Virus record (IMG/VR): IMGVR_UViG_3300028590_000025 | Span: 1 to 51,010 of that record | From: a virus | Taxonomy: Duplodnaviria > Caudoviricetes | Strand: one strand, 5' to 3' | Length of the DNA stretch: 51,010 bases | In this document: positions 1 through 8,661 of the stretch, piece after piece | Layout of the letters: every line of letters begins with the position of its first letter | How positions within the stretch are numbered: position 1 is the first letter of the stretch | Program-made: the position numbers and the translations under genes | Notes under the pieces: model-generated | The model's database searches: none | Seen by the model: only the letters and a program-made list of their open reading frames with translations | Told to the model about the DNA's origin: nothing

Positions 1-137
1 CCATCGAGAACGCCACCTATGGCAGCCATGACACCTTCGAGGCCATGGGCTACCGGTTTATCCTGCCCGACGCCGAGATTGCCCTACCGGCCATTCGCGA
101 GCTGCGCGCCTTCAAGGCCTATGGCGGCTTGTCGGTG
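1..137. repeat. Terminal direct repeat / circular assembly overlap, copy 1 (copy 2 at 50874-51010)
   Basis: 1-126 is identical to 50874-50999, then gct vs cag, then tgtcggtg matches again. Confidence 0.97.
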
Positions 138-446
138 ACTGGCAAGGTCGACTGTCTGGATGGCAAGGTGGTCGAGGACCACAAGACCACCTCGAAGATC
201 GACTTCGACAGGTATCTCGAAGGCTACCAGTGGCGGTTCTATCTCGATGTCTTCGAGGCCGACATCTTCCGCTGGCATCTTTTCCAGATCACCGAGCAGG
301 AGCCGCGCGTCTACCGCGTCTCCGCCCCCCAGGTGCTCGAAGCCACCCGTTACCCCGAACTCCATCGCGACTGCGCCCGTATGGCCGAGGAATACCTCGA
401 CTTTGCCACTCGCGTCGGTCTGCCCAACTCGAGGATCGAAGATTGA
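1..446 (+). CDS. PD-(D/E)xK (Cas4/RecB-like) exonuclease, 3' part; the gene starts at 50714 and crosses the junction
   Basis: GKVDCL..VEDHKT motif and YQWRFY; in frame with the ATG at 50714 (GTAFH motif). Confidence 0.8.
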   Translation, partial: IENATYGSHDTFEAMGYRFILPDAEIALPAIRELRAFKAYGGLSVTGKVDCLDGKVVEDHKTTSKIDFDRYLEGYQWRFYLDVFEADIFRWHLFQITEQEPRVYRVSAPQVLEATRYPELHRDCARMAEEYLDFATRVGLPNSRIED

Positions 447-955
447 GCTCAGTTAATAAGGCCATCATCGTCGGACGCCTTGGCGCCGATCCAGAGGTTC
501 GCACCACCGAGAATGGCACCAAGGTCGCCTCACTGTCGGTCGCCACTTCCGAAAAGTGGACCGACCGCAACAGCGGCGACAAGAAGGAAAAAACCGAATG
601 GCACCGCGTCACGATCTGGGGAGGTAAGGACGGCGACGGCCTTGCCGGCATAGCCGAGAAATTCCTGAAGAAGGGCCACAACGTCTACCTGTCGGGCAAG
701 CTTCAAACCCGCAAGTGGCAGGACCAGCAGGGCGTTGACCGCTACACCACCGAAGTGGTGCTGAACGGCTTCGGCGCCGAGCTGGTCTTGCTCGAAGGCA
801 CCCAGGGTGGCGGCAACCGCCCACCACCAGCGGACAGCCCGGACGACTACGGCCACACCAACTCCAGCGGAAGCGGATCCCGTGGCAGTGGCGCGCCGGC
901 ATTCCAGCCGGGCGGCCTCGATGACGACATTCCGTTCGCCCCACAGGTGGACTGA
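443..955 (+). CDS. ssb: Single-stranded DNA-binding protein
   Basis: VNKAIIVGRLGADPEVR, TEWHRV and a DDDIPF acidic tail; TTG start overlaps the upstream stop, GAGGA RBS. Confidence 0.95.
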   Translation: MSSVNKAIIVGRLGADPEVRTTENGTKVASLSVATSEKWTDRNSGDKKEKTEWHRVTIWGGKDGDGLAGIAEKFLKKGHNVYLSGKLQTRKWQDQQGVDRYTTEVVLNGFGAELVLLEGTQGGGNRPPPADSPDDYGHTNSSGSGSRGSGAPAFQPGGLDDDIPFAPQVD

Positions 956-958
956 GCC

Positions 959-1435
959 ATGCCACGCCAGATCGTCACCCTCGCCAACGAACGCCTCGTG
1001 GACCGCACTATTCAATTGGTGCGGGAGGCGTTCGCACGGAAGCCAGGCAGTCGCGTCGAGATCAAAGGGCCGAAGCGCTCCAGCGATCAGAATGCAGCTA
1101 TGTGGGCAATGCTGGGCGACATCTCCGCCCAGATACTTTGGCAGGTTGATGGCGGGCGCCGACTTCTCGATGTCGAGGAGTGGAAACTGGTGATGCTCGA
1201 CGCCCTCAGGCGCGAGCACCGCGATCAGATGAAGCTCGTTCCGAACTCGGATCACACCGGCTTCGTCAATATCAGCGGCACGTCATCGTCGGACCTCGAA
1301 GGCCCAGAGATGCACGATCTGCTGACGATCATATCGGCCTTCGGCGACCAGCACGGTGTCGTCTGGTCCACTCCGAAGCCCAAGGGCGATCAGCGCCCCG
1401 TCCCGCCACCATCGGCCTATGAGGAAGCGCCATGA
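959..1435 (+). CDS. NinB/Orf-like recombination protein
   Basis: KRSSDQNAAMWAMLGDISAQ motif; follows ssb. Confidence 0.75.
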   Translation: MPRQIVTLANERLVDRTIQLVREAFARKPGSRVEIKGPKRSSDQNAAMWAMLGDISAQILWQVDGGRRLLDVEEWKLVMLDALRREHRDQMKLVPNSDHTGFVNISGTSSSDLEGPEMHDLLTIISAFGDQHGVVWSTPKPKGDQRPVPPPSAYEEAP

Positions 1436-1575
1436 AGCCCGCTCGAATGCCATGGCACTACGACGCCACGCGCGGCCGTCCTGAATGGTCCAAGGAAATG
1501 GGCCGGGAACATGCTCAGCGCCGCCAGATATCCAATGACCTGCGCAAGCGGGCCGAACGAGCAGGAGCCCGATGA
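1432..1575 (+). CDS. Small hypothetical protein (47 aa)
   Basis: Fills the gap with ATGA/TGATG coupling at both ends; read by eye. Confidence 0.5.
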   Translation: MKPARMPWHYDATRGRPEWSKEMGREHAQRRQISNDLRKRAERAGAR

Positions 1576-2264
1576 TGGCTGACAAGCCGATCCTATTCTC
1601 CGCGCCCATGGTCAAAGCCCTGTTGGCCGGAACAAAGACGCAGACGCGGCGGTACTTCTCTGCCGATCCTTACCTTGAAGCTGTGGAGCGCACAGCAACG
1701 CAGGGTTGGCGCTTCATCTTGAAGCCCGGCGCTGAACTGTCGGTGAAGCCGCCCCGCATCATGGTTGGCGACCGGCTCTATGTCCGTGAGACATGGAGCG
1801 GCATCCACGCTTTCCGAAATACGCCGCCCGCTCAACGCGAAAGCATGATGACGCCCGACGGGCCGCTACTGCGCGAAGATGTCTGGTTCTGGGCTGATGG
1901 CAATCCTGATGGCGGCGACTATGAGAAGCCCCGTCCCGGCATGCATATGCCCCGCTGGGCGTCGCGCCTGACGCTCACCGTCACCGATGTGCGGGTCGAG
2001 AGGCTTCAGGACATCAGTGAACAGGACGCGTGGGCCGAAGGTTGTGCCAAGGGCGCGCCTGATGACGTGGGCGGCTTCTTCCCCGCTGAGGAGGCCGACC
2101 CCAGCGGCGTCGGCTATCGGGGCTGGGATAACGCCCGCGATTGGTATGCGGACCTTTGGGACCAAATCAACGGCGAGGATGCCTGGGAAGCCAACCCTTG
2201 GGTTGCCGCCTACACCTTCACAGTTGAGCACGGCAACATCGATCAGTTGGCGAGGGCCGCCTGA
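1575..2264 (+). CDS. ASCH-like phage protein
   Basis: PILFSAPMVKALLAGTKTQTRR, GDRLYVRETW, MPRWASRLTL and WEANPWV motifs. Confidence 0.75.
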   Translation: MADKPILFSAPMVKALLAGTKTQTRRYFSADPYLEAVERTATQGWRFILKPGAELSVKPPRIMVGDRLYVRETWSGIHAFRNTPPAQRESMMTPDGPLLREDVWFWADGNPDGGDYEKPRPGMHMPRWASRLTLTVTDVRVERLQDISEQDAWAEGCAKGAPDDVGGFFPAEEADPSGVGYRGWDNARDWYADLWDQINGEDAWEANPWVAAYTFTVEHGNIDQLARAA

Positions 2265-2413
2265 TGCTGATCATTGCCACCACAAATCGGCAGCACTGCT
2301 CACCTATGCCCGAAATGGGCAAAGAGGCATCGATAGCCCAAGCCATCGCTTTCGCCCGTTCTCGCAAACCTATGGCGAAGGCGCTGCCGAAGATCGTGCG
2401 GAGGAAGCGCTGA
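2264..2413 (+). CDS. Small hypothetical protein (49 aa)
   Basis: TGATG coupling at both ends. Confidence 0.45.
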   Translation: MLIIATTNRQHCSPMPEMGKEASIAQAIAFARSRKPMAKALPKIVRRKR

Positions 2414-2760
2414 TGCGCGTGCTGGTTTGCGGCGGCCGCAATTACACCGACACCGCCCGCGTCTTTGCTGTGCTGGACAAGCTGCATGGCGAAGCCGGGA
2501 TAGATGTGGTCATCGAGGGGGGCGCTCGTGGTGCCGACGCCTGCGGGAAAGAATGGGCGATCCGCAGGCAGGTTGAGTGCCAGACCTTTGAGGCCGATTG
2601 GGAGAACCAAGGCTCATTCGCCGGCCCCGCCCGCAACAAGCGCATGCTGGACGAAGGCAAGCCCGATCTCGTGATCGCCTTTCCCGGCGGCCGCGGCACT
2701 GCCGATATGGTGCGCAAAGCCCGTCGTGCTGGTGTGGACGTGGTTGAAATCGCGCCATGA
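2413..2760 (+). CDS. SLOG-family (DUF2493/YspA-like) protein
   Basis: MRVLVCGGRNY, EGGARGAD, AGPARN and FPGGRGTADM motifs. Confidence 0.88.
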   Translation: MRVLVCGGRNYTDTARVFAVLDKLHGEAGIDVVIEGGARGADACGKEWAIRRQVECQTFEADWENQGSFAGPARNKRMLDEGKPDLVIAFPGGRGTADMVRKARRAGVDVVEIAP

Positions 2761-3218
2761 TGATCCGCAGCCAGAAGATCATCGATACCGCACGCGGCGC
2801 CGAATGCGCTTTCCGATTCCCCGGCATCTGCCAAGGCGGCACGGAAACGACGGTATGGGCCCACCTCAATGGCGCGAAATACGGCAAGGGCGCGGGGAAC
2901 AAGGCGCATGATGTCCTTGGGGCGCCAGCTTGCTTCTGGTGCCACACCTATCTGGACGTTGGACATGGAACGAAGCCGCTGATCAGCACCGAAACACTTC
3001 TGGAATGCGTCTTGGAAGCCGTTACCGGAACCTGGGTGCGGCTGATCCAGGCGGGCGTGGTGTCAGTGCCCCAAGACAAGCCGAGGCCCGCCCACGAGGC
3101 TCCTGTGAAGGCCAGAAAACCAACAGCGCAGCGGGCAAAGATCAATTCACGAGCCGAATGGCCGACTGGCCAGAAATTGCAGAGCAGGAACACCCTGCGA
3201 CGGAAGGAGCGCACATGA
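2757..3218 (+). CDS. DUF1364-family putative nuclease
   Basis: ARGAECAFRFPGIC..ETTVWAH..ACFWCH motifs. Confidence 0.8.
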   Translation: MMIRSQKIIDTARGAECAFRFPGICQGGTETTVWAHLNGAKYGKGAGNKAHDVLGAPACFWCHTYLDVGHGTKPLISTETLLECVLEAVTGTWVRLIQAGVVSVPQDKPRPAHEAPVKARKPTAQRAKINSRAEWPTGQKLQSRNTLRRKERT

Positions 3219-3940
3219 GCAAAGAGAACAGGGTGTCGGACGTACGGCTGACTTTGATTGCCTCTGGCATTGCTGACCGCCTCGGCGCCGGCGCATATGG
3301 TGCGCCCGACCTCGAGCGCGACATTGCCAGCGCGATCACCGAGCTATTGGCCCTACGCTCCAAGCCTGTGGCAGGGGTAGAGGTGAAGCCGCTTGGCGAT
3401 TGGCGAAAGGTTGCGCTGTTCGACCTGAACGATCTGCATGTGCCAGACTATGAAGGGATAGCGACCAAGGTTGCGGAGAGCATCGTCGGCACCTATGCAG
3501 TCGTAAAAGTTGACGGGGGCAAATATGCGCCTTGGCTGGGCAAGAGCCGCCTGCCATGCTCGTTTGAAACCGATGACGAAGCAACAGCCGCCGCCGAAGC
3601 CGACTACCGCCGGCGCATCTTCTCCACTCTCCCCCTTCCAGCACAGGAGCCGGTGGCGTGGAGACGGGAGTATGCCGATCCCCACTACCAGAGCGAGGTG
3701 ACGCAGTGGAAGGAAACGGCCGACGTCTGGGTCGAAGATGGCTTTACGGTTACGCCCCTCTACGCCTCCCCACAGCCAGAGGCGGTCATAACCGACGAGA
3801 TGGTGGAGCGGGCGGCGAAGAAGTTCGTCGCGCACCAGAACGGCCAAAGCCTTGATGAATACGGCGACGGCTCTTATTCCCGCGGCATCAAGCACTCCAT
3901 GCGCCTCGCCCTCACCGCCGCCCTGAAGGACGGCAACTGA
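3215..3940 (+). CDS. Hypothetical phage protein
   Basis: ATGA coupling, AAGGAG RBS; EPVAW and VTPLY phage motifs. Confidence 0.7.
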   Translation: MSKENRVSDVRLTLIASGIADRLGAGAYGAPDLERDIASAITELLALRSKPVAGVEVKPLGDWRKVALFDLNDLHVPDYEGIATKVAESIVGTYAVVKVDGGKYAPWLGKSRLPCSFETDDEATAAAEADYRRRIFSTLPLPAQEPVAWRREYADPHYQSEVTQWKETADVWVEDGFTVTPLYASPQPEAVITDEMVERAAKKFVAHQNGQSLDEYGDGSYSRGIKHSMRLALTAALKDGN

Positions 3941-3944
3941 TACC

Positions 3945-4184
3945 ATGGCTAGACCATCCCGGATCCCGATGGGAAGTTGGCCTCGGCGCATGAACGCCGA
4001 GTTCGCCGCCGGCTATTGTGGAGAACCCAGCGTTGAGGCATTCCTTGATCGAGTCGGGACGGAATACCCTACCCCCGATGTGAACGAGGGGCGCCGACGG
4101 CTGTGGCTGAGGGACAATCTGGATCGGGCGATGGGAGTGGGCGACCAGGAGGTCGGCCTGTTGGACGCGGCCGAGGTTCTGTAG
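3945..4184 (+). CDS. Putative excisionase (small winged-HTH)
   Basis: 79 aa immediately upstream of the integrase; AAGYCG..YPTP..RRLWLR pattern. Confidence 0.65.
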   Translation: MARPSRIPMGSWPRRMNAEFAAGYCGEPSVEAFLDRVGTEYPTPDVNEGRRRLWLRDNLDRAMGVGDQEVGLLDAAEVL

Positions 4185-4186
4185 CC

Positions 4187-5362
4187 GTGACGATCACCCT
4201 GCCCCGTTTTGTCATCGCCAAGTCCGGCAAGGCTGGCATGGCCTACTACTGGAACCCGCCCGTCTACTGGCGGAAGCAGGCCGAAGCGCAGGGCCGCAAA
4301 TACCCTTTCGAGAGCCAGAAGCTCGGCGCAGACATGCGACAGTCCGAACTGGATGCCGCCGCCTTCCCGCATAACGCCCGGTTCGATGAATGGCGGCTCG
4401 GCGCAGTTTCCACCCCGTCGAGGCTCTACGCCGCCCATGGAACGGTGGAATGGCTGTTTGAGCAGTATCAGGCCAGCGACATCTTCAAACGCCGTGTGGC
4501 GGAGCGCTCGCAGGCTGACTATCGACTGATCTTCAAAGCGGTAGCTGATCACCCCACAAAGACCGGTGGTCGGTTCGGCGCGCTCCCAGTCTCGAGCATC
4601 ACGCCGGCGGCGGCCGAAAAGATCTATTCCGCGATGATCGCAGACGACAAATACCGGCGCGGCGAGAAGGTGGTGATGTATTGCAAGACGGTCTGGCGCC
4701 TCATGCAGCCACACCATCCGCAACTCTTCCGCTCAGACGTTCCGAACCCATGGATCGGCGTCCAACTCGTCAAGCGCACCAAGATGGTCAAGGCCGCAGT
4801 GGACCGCGAGGCGGTCTACACCTTTGCGTGGGCAGCGATAGAGGCAGAGAGGCCCGAAGCCGCTGCCGCGGCGGTCATCTGCTTCGAGTGGCTACAGCGC
4901 CCGGAGAACGTCGTCGGCGGCTATGTGAGGTGGGGAGACTACCGGCCCGGCGAATCCATCCGCATCGAGCACCACAAGACCGGGCAGATGGTGGTCCACC
5001 CGCTGACAGACGGTGCCGTCGCCTTCTATCCCGAGGCAGAGGAAGTGCTGGCGCAGATGCCGAAGCGCGGTCTGGCGATCGTTCTTGGACCGGATCACAC
5101 CGAGCCCTACAAGCCTTCCCGCTTTGCCCAAATCGTGCGGAAGATCGCCGACGACGCCGGCCTACCCAAAGCCTTCACGCTCGATGCTTGCCGTCATGGC
5201 GGCATGACTGAGCTTGAGGAGGCAGGGCTTACCGAAGGCCAGGGCCGCGCCCTCTCGGCACATCGCAGCCGGGCCTATGAACGTTATGCTAAGCGCACCA
5301 GCAAGCGCCTGTTGAGCGCCACCAAGGCCCGCCACCAGCACCGGGCAGGCGGTCAGGAATAG
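4187..5362 (+). CDS. int: Tyrosine recombinase / integrase
   Basis: QRPEN (R), HHKT (K), LDACRHG, AHRS and YERY (Y); adjacent to attP. Confidence 0.9.
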   Translation: MTITLPRFVIAKSGKAGMAYYWNPPVYWRKQAEAQGRKYPFESQKLGADMRQSELDAAAFPHNARFDEWRLGAVSTPSRLYAAHGTVEWLFEQYQASDIFKRRVAERSQADYRLIFKAVADHPTKTGGRFGALPVSSITPAAAEKIYSAMIADDKYRRGEKVVMYCKTVWRLMQPHHPQLFRSDVPNPWIGVQLVKRTKMVKAAVDREAVYTFAWAAIEAERPEAAAAAVICFEWLQRPENVVGGYVRWGDYRPGESIRIEHHKTGQMVVHPLTDGAVAFYPEAEEVLAQMPKRGLAIVLGPDHTEPYKPSRFAQIVRKIADDAGLPKAFTLDACRHGGMTELEEAGLTEGQGRALSAHRSRAYERYAKRTSKRLLSATKARHQHRAGGQE

Positions 5363-5459
5363 GCCGAAACACTTTCTGAAATCCCCGGACAAAAGCCCGT
5401 TCCAGCGATGGATCGGGCTTCACTTTTTCAGAAAATGCGCTGGGAACATTGAGGCCTCT

Positions 5460-5501
5460 GCGAATTTGCAATCCGCTGCGTAACCACTCCGCCACGCGGC
5501 C
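5460..5501 (-). mobile_element. attP core: 5' half of tRNA-Cys(GCA)
   Basis: Minus strand reads GGCCGCG TG GCGGAGTGGTTACGC A GCGGA TTGCAAA TTCGC (acceptor 5' strand, D arm, anticodon arm); no T arm or 3' acceptor strand follows. Confidence 0.88.
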
Positions 5502-5513
5502 TCTGGGCGGCAC

Positions 5514-5542
5514 TACCTAAGCGACGCCAAGGGGTTATGCAA
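5514..5542 (-). promoter_or_regulatory. Putative sigma70 promoter for the tRNA-Cys 5' half
   Basis: TTGCAT-N17-TAGGTA, 12 nt upstream of the tRNA 5' end. Confidence 0.5.
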
Positions 5543-5641
5543 TAGCCACGTTACCAGCCTGTGAATTTTCTGAAGAACGATCTGCTGCGCCTTCGGAATT
5601 TTCTGAAATGCGTTCGAGACTTGTTCGGGCAGGAACGGTGA

Positions 5642-5878
5642 TCACCACGGCGGATTCGCTGCCGCCGGCACTTTCCCGCTATCCTCCGCCCTGCCCTTAC
5701 CGACACAAACCGCACGGCCGTTCTCCCAGCCGCAATAGCTGAGCCGGCCGTCGGAACGCGATCGACCGAAGCCAGCATTCGGCGCACCGCATCCCTCACA
5801 GAAATAGATCGGGAATTTGTGCTCGGCGGTCTGGGCCGGCGATATCACGCCTTTGTCGGATTGGTACTTGGTCGGCAT
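5642..5878 (-). CDS. Small Cys-rich (zinc-finger-like) protein
   Basis: CEGC...C...C pattern. Confidence 0.55.
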   Translation of the reverse strand: MPTKYQSDKGVISPAQTAEHKFPIYFCEGCGAPNAGFGRSRSDGRLSYCGWENGRAVCVGKGRAEDSGKVPAAANPPW

Positions 5879-5933
5879 AGATGGAATCGTCTCTGGGAAA
5901 GTGGCATGATCGATACCAGCCCAGGAGGCGGCC

Positions 5934-6185
5934 GTGAAAGCCGATCGTTTCAATCAAGCCCTGACGTCCCTGTACTGGTCCAAGGAGACCTTGGCCGAGA
6001 TGCTGGGCTGCGACATCAGTTTGGTTGAGGCTTATTCGCAAGGACTCGTGGAGCCGCCGCCGAAGCTTAGCGCATGGCTAGAAGTGCTGGCGCAGCTCCA
6101 CGAGGACTTGGCCGATCAGATGCCGTCTGGCCTCGTTGGCAAGCGGTACGACCACAGGACGCCCACACAGCCCGACCTATTCTAG
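5934..6185 (+). CDS. Small XRE-like HTH protein
   Basis: AGGAGG RBS; SKETLAEMLGCDISLVEAYSQG is HTH-like. Confidence 0.65.
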   Translation: MKADRFNQALTSLYWSKETLAEMLGCDISLVEAYSQGLVEPPPKLSAWLEVLAQLHEDLADQMPSGLVGKRYDHRTPTQPDLF

Positions 6186-6367
6186 CCGCCCTGCTTGTCC
6201 TTCATCCAAGGATATTCCTCGGGCGGCTTGATCTTGGCCGCACGCCTCTTCGCCTCTCGATCGACCTTGTTCTTCGCGAGCTTTTCCGCGTGCTTCCGCT
6301 TCTGCTCGGCTTCGAACTCCAGCCTGGTCCGGTTCGCGAGTTCGATATCCCAGTCCTTTGTCCACAT
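6182..6367 (-). CDS. Small charged hypothetical protein
   Basis: GAGG RBS before MWTKDWD; coiled-coil-like. Confidence 0.5.
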   Translation of the reverse strand: MWTKDWDIELANRTRLEFEAEQKRKHAEKLAKNKVDREAKRRAAKIKPPEEYPWMKDKQGG

Positions 6368-6406
6368 GGCTCGCACCTCATTTCCAGCTTCCGCTTGAGG
6401 TGTTAT

Positions 6407-6421
6407 GTACTCATTTTGTTC
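6407..6421. promoter_or_regulatory. Alphaproteobacterial LexA (SOS) box
   Basis: GTAC-N7-GTTC (GAAC-N7-GTAC on the minus strand) in the divergent intergenic region, 15 nt before ATG 6437. Confidence 0.65.
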
Positions 6422-6436
6422 TGCGAGAGTCGAGAC

Positions 6437-6691
6437 ATGTCCCGCATCACCGTTGACCAGCTATATGCGTCCTATGGCGCCTATCTGCGCGCGAAGGTGC
6501 AGGAGATTGAGTTTCAGGGATGGGGCCCCGGCATGGTCGAGAGCTTTCGCAAGACCATGGCAGAGCACGGCGAACTGGAAGCCTCCTACCTGAGGCAGAT
6601 GTTGGCCGACAGGCGCATCGCTGATGAGGAGATGAAGGTCAAACTGGATGCGATCGACAAGGAGGAGAAAGAACGGCGCAAGCGCCGCTAG
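6437..6691 (+). CDS. Hypothetical protein, probably SOS-regulated
   Basis: ORF directly downstream of the LexA box. Confidence 0.65.
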   Translation: MSRITVDQLYASYGAYLRAKVQEIEFQGWGPGMVESFRKTMAEHGELEASYLRQMLADRRIADEEMKVKLDAIDKEEKERRKRR

Positions 6692-7623
6692 TCCCTCTCG
6701 ATCTCGATGGCCTGAACGGTCGCGTGCCGAAGCTTGTCACTGCCCTTGAGGTGGCGAACCGTGGCGCGCAGGCCAGGACTGAGCCATGTGGCCTTCCTCC
6801 GGCCGGTGCCGATGATCGGGGCCTTCGCCACACCCCTGCCCTCCACATAGCGCCAGAAGACGTCCCGGAGCGATGCCGGGAGGGAAATGAAGGCAGCACC
6901 ACGATAGCCCGCTTCATCGGCAAGGAGCGCGTACGGAATACCGTCGCTGCCATTGTCGACGCCGATAACGTCGAAGGTGTCCGTGTGCCAGCACTTGGTC
7001 TTGAGCCAGGCCTGCGTCAGACCTGAAGTGTAGGTGCTGCCCTTTCGCTTCGAGACGATACCCTCAAGGCCCATCTGGTCGGCGAGCTTGAAGAAGTCGG
7101 CGCCCTCGCCATCATATTCGTCGGAGATGAGGATGTGTTTGGTGCTGCTTCCTTCCAGGATCCAGCGGAGATGAGCGCGGCGCTCCTCCAGCGGCTCCCT
7201 CCGAAGGTCGACGCCGTTGAGGTGCAGCAGATCGAATGCGAAGAACACCAGCCGCCAAGGCTCACTCGTTATGGCGCTGCGCACTGCCCCGAAGTCCGTG
7301 ACGCCATGCTCATCCTGAACGCAAACCTCGCCATCGATCAGCGCAGACATGCAGTCGATGCCGCCGCCGGCCTGAACGATGTCGGGATATTTCGCGGTCC
7401 AGTCGTGGCCGTTGCGGGTGAAGGCTTTCACCTCTCCGCCGCCAATAGCCAACTGGGTTCGATAGCCGTCGTATTTGATCTCATGCAGCCACTGGCCGCC
7501 GGCGGGCGGCTCGTCCACCAGCGTGGGCTGCATGGTCGGGATAAACTTCGGGATGATGAGGGTAGATTCAGAGTCCTTGCGGGATTTCCGCTTCGTGCTG
7601 GGTGGCGGCGTCAGCGCCGCCAT
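6688..7623 (-). CDS. ATP-dependent DNA ligase (LigD/LigC-type ligase domain)
   Basis: HEIKYDGYR, IDGE, FAFDLL, EGIVSKR and WLKTK motifs. Confidence 0.93.
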   Translation of the reverse strand: MAALTPPPSTKRKSRKDSESTLIIPKFIPTMQPTLVDEPPAGGQWLHEIKYDGYRTQLAIGGGEVKAFTRNGHDWTAKYPDIVQAGGGIDCMSALIDGEVCVQDEHGVTDFGAVRSAITSEPWRLVFFAFDLLHLNGVDLRREPLEERRAHLRWILEGSSTKHILISDEYDGEGADFFKLADQMGLEGIVSKRKGSTYTSGLTQAWLKTKCWHTDTFDVIGVDNGSDGIPYALLADEAGYRGAAFISLPASLRDVFWRYVEGRGVAKAPIIGTGRRKATWLSPGLRATVRHLKGSDKLRHATVQAIEIERD

Positions 7624-7679
7624 GGCGCGCTCTGGTTCATGGCGGAACAATAGCGCGGGCCGCGAATCGGTTCCAGCAG

Positions 7680-8003
7680 CTATCGCCTACTGATCTCTCG
7701 AGTGATGCGCAGCTCTTCGCGTACGCGATCAAGGGCCTTGGCCGCGCCATCGAGACTTTCGATGAGTTCGCCACCCACCTTGTTCGTTTCGGTGAACGTC
7801 ACGTTCAAGGCTTCGAGGGCGGCCGAGGCCTGGCGGATCGAGGAAGCGTCCATCGTCATGGCTGCGATCTCTGCCTTGCCTCCCCCAGCTTTCCGGTTGT
7901 TGACGATAGCCACCGACACGCCGGCGACGGCCGCAATGACCGCCGTGACGACACCGATGATGGCAACCTGCGTAGGCGCTTCTAGTGTGGTGAACCAATC
8001 CAC
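7680..8003 (-). CDS. Single-TM plus coiled-coil protein (lysis-associated)
   Basis: N-terminal hydrophobic helix; last gene of the lysis cassette. Confidence 0.7.
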   Translation of the reverse strand: MDWFTTLEAPTQVAIIGVVTAVIAAVAGVSVAIVNNRKAGGGKAEIAAMTMDASSIRQASAALEALNVTFTETNKVGGELIESLDGAAKALDRVREELRITREISRR

Positions 8004-8431
8004 GGCCGGCTCCTGATGGCGTTGTAGCTATCCATCCCGGCACGGGCGGAATTGAATATGTCGCCGGCCATCAGCACCAGAGCCAGGATCATACCCAAAG
8101 GCGGCCCATGCTCATTGGTGGCCATGGCGTAGCCGGCGGCGATCGAAGAGAAGAGCCCGACACCCATTATGGCAACGAAGCACCTGATCGGGGCGGACAC
8201 TTCGGGCTTGTGCCCGTTAAGAACCAGGGCCCCTACCCGTCCAGCAGCGAGGCAAAGGCTTGCCCCGACCCAAATGCCAACTGGGGCAATGGCCGCGAAT
8301 CCGGAGAGACCCGTTCTTGAGAACGCTGTCGGCCAGATGACCAGATAGAGCCCGATCAGCAGCATGCCGATACCACCGAGCCACTCGGCGATGCGCAGCG
8401 GGATCTTCTCGCGGAAACGGAGATAGATCAT
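7982..8431 (-). CDS. Multi-TM holin-like protein
   Basis: About 4 hydrophobic segments; lies in the lysis cassette. Confidence 0.6.
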   Translation of the reverse strand: MIYLRFREKIPLRIAEWLGGIGMLLIGLYLVIWPTAFSRTGLSGFAAIAPVGIWVGASLCLAAGRVGALVLNGHKPEVSAPIRCFVAIMGVGLFSSIAAGYAMATNEHGPPLGMILALVLMAGDIFNSARAGMDSYNAIRSRPWIGSPH

Positions 8432-8661
8432 CGAGCCGCACCACGGCAGGCATCGAGCTTCTGGTAGTGACGATCAAGCTGATCAGCCCAGGCATCGACC
8501 GAACTGTCGCCAGCCGCTTGCAAGGCATCCACGACGGACGCGGGTGCCGGGGGCAGCACTGGGCAGCTACCGACCACGCGACCTGTCGCGCAGCCGGTTA
8601 TAAGCCCCGCCAGGATCAATAGGCCCAGCGTCGATCCGATCGTATTCAGCTTGGAGCGCAT
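8428..8661 (-). CDS. Outer-membrane spanin (Rz1-like lipoprotein)
   Basis: LITG-C lipobox, Pro-rich; overlaps the 3' end of the i-spanin. Confidence 0.75.
   Translation of the reverse strand: MRSKLNTIGSTLGLLILAGLITGCATGRVVGSCPVLPPAPASVVDALQAAGDSSVDAWADQLDRHYQKLDACRGAAR

Larger units (their letters stand above)
5373..5607. repeat. Putative integrase arm-type sites (TTTCTGAA repeats)
   Basis: TTTCTGAAA at 5373, its inverse at 5426-5434, and GAATTTTCTGAA at 5563 and 5596; they flank the tRNA core. Confidence 0.65.

Noticed and set aside
1-137. Biological terminal repeats of a linear genome
   Set aside because: The repeat falls mid-gene and its length fits an assembly overlap.
1-446. CRISPR-associated Cas4 or a CRISPR array
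   Set aside because: No repeat-spacer array seen; the nuclease belongs to the Sak4-SSB recombination module.
5430-5501. Complete tRNA-Cys gene
   Set aside because: No T arm or 3' acceptor strand; it is an att fragment.
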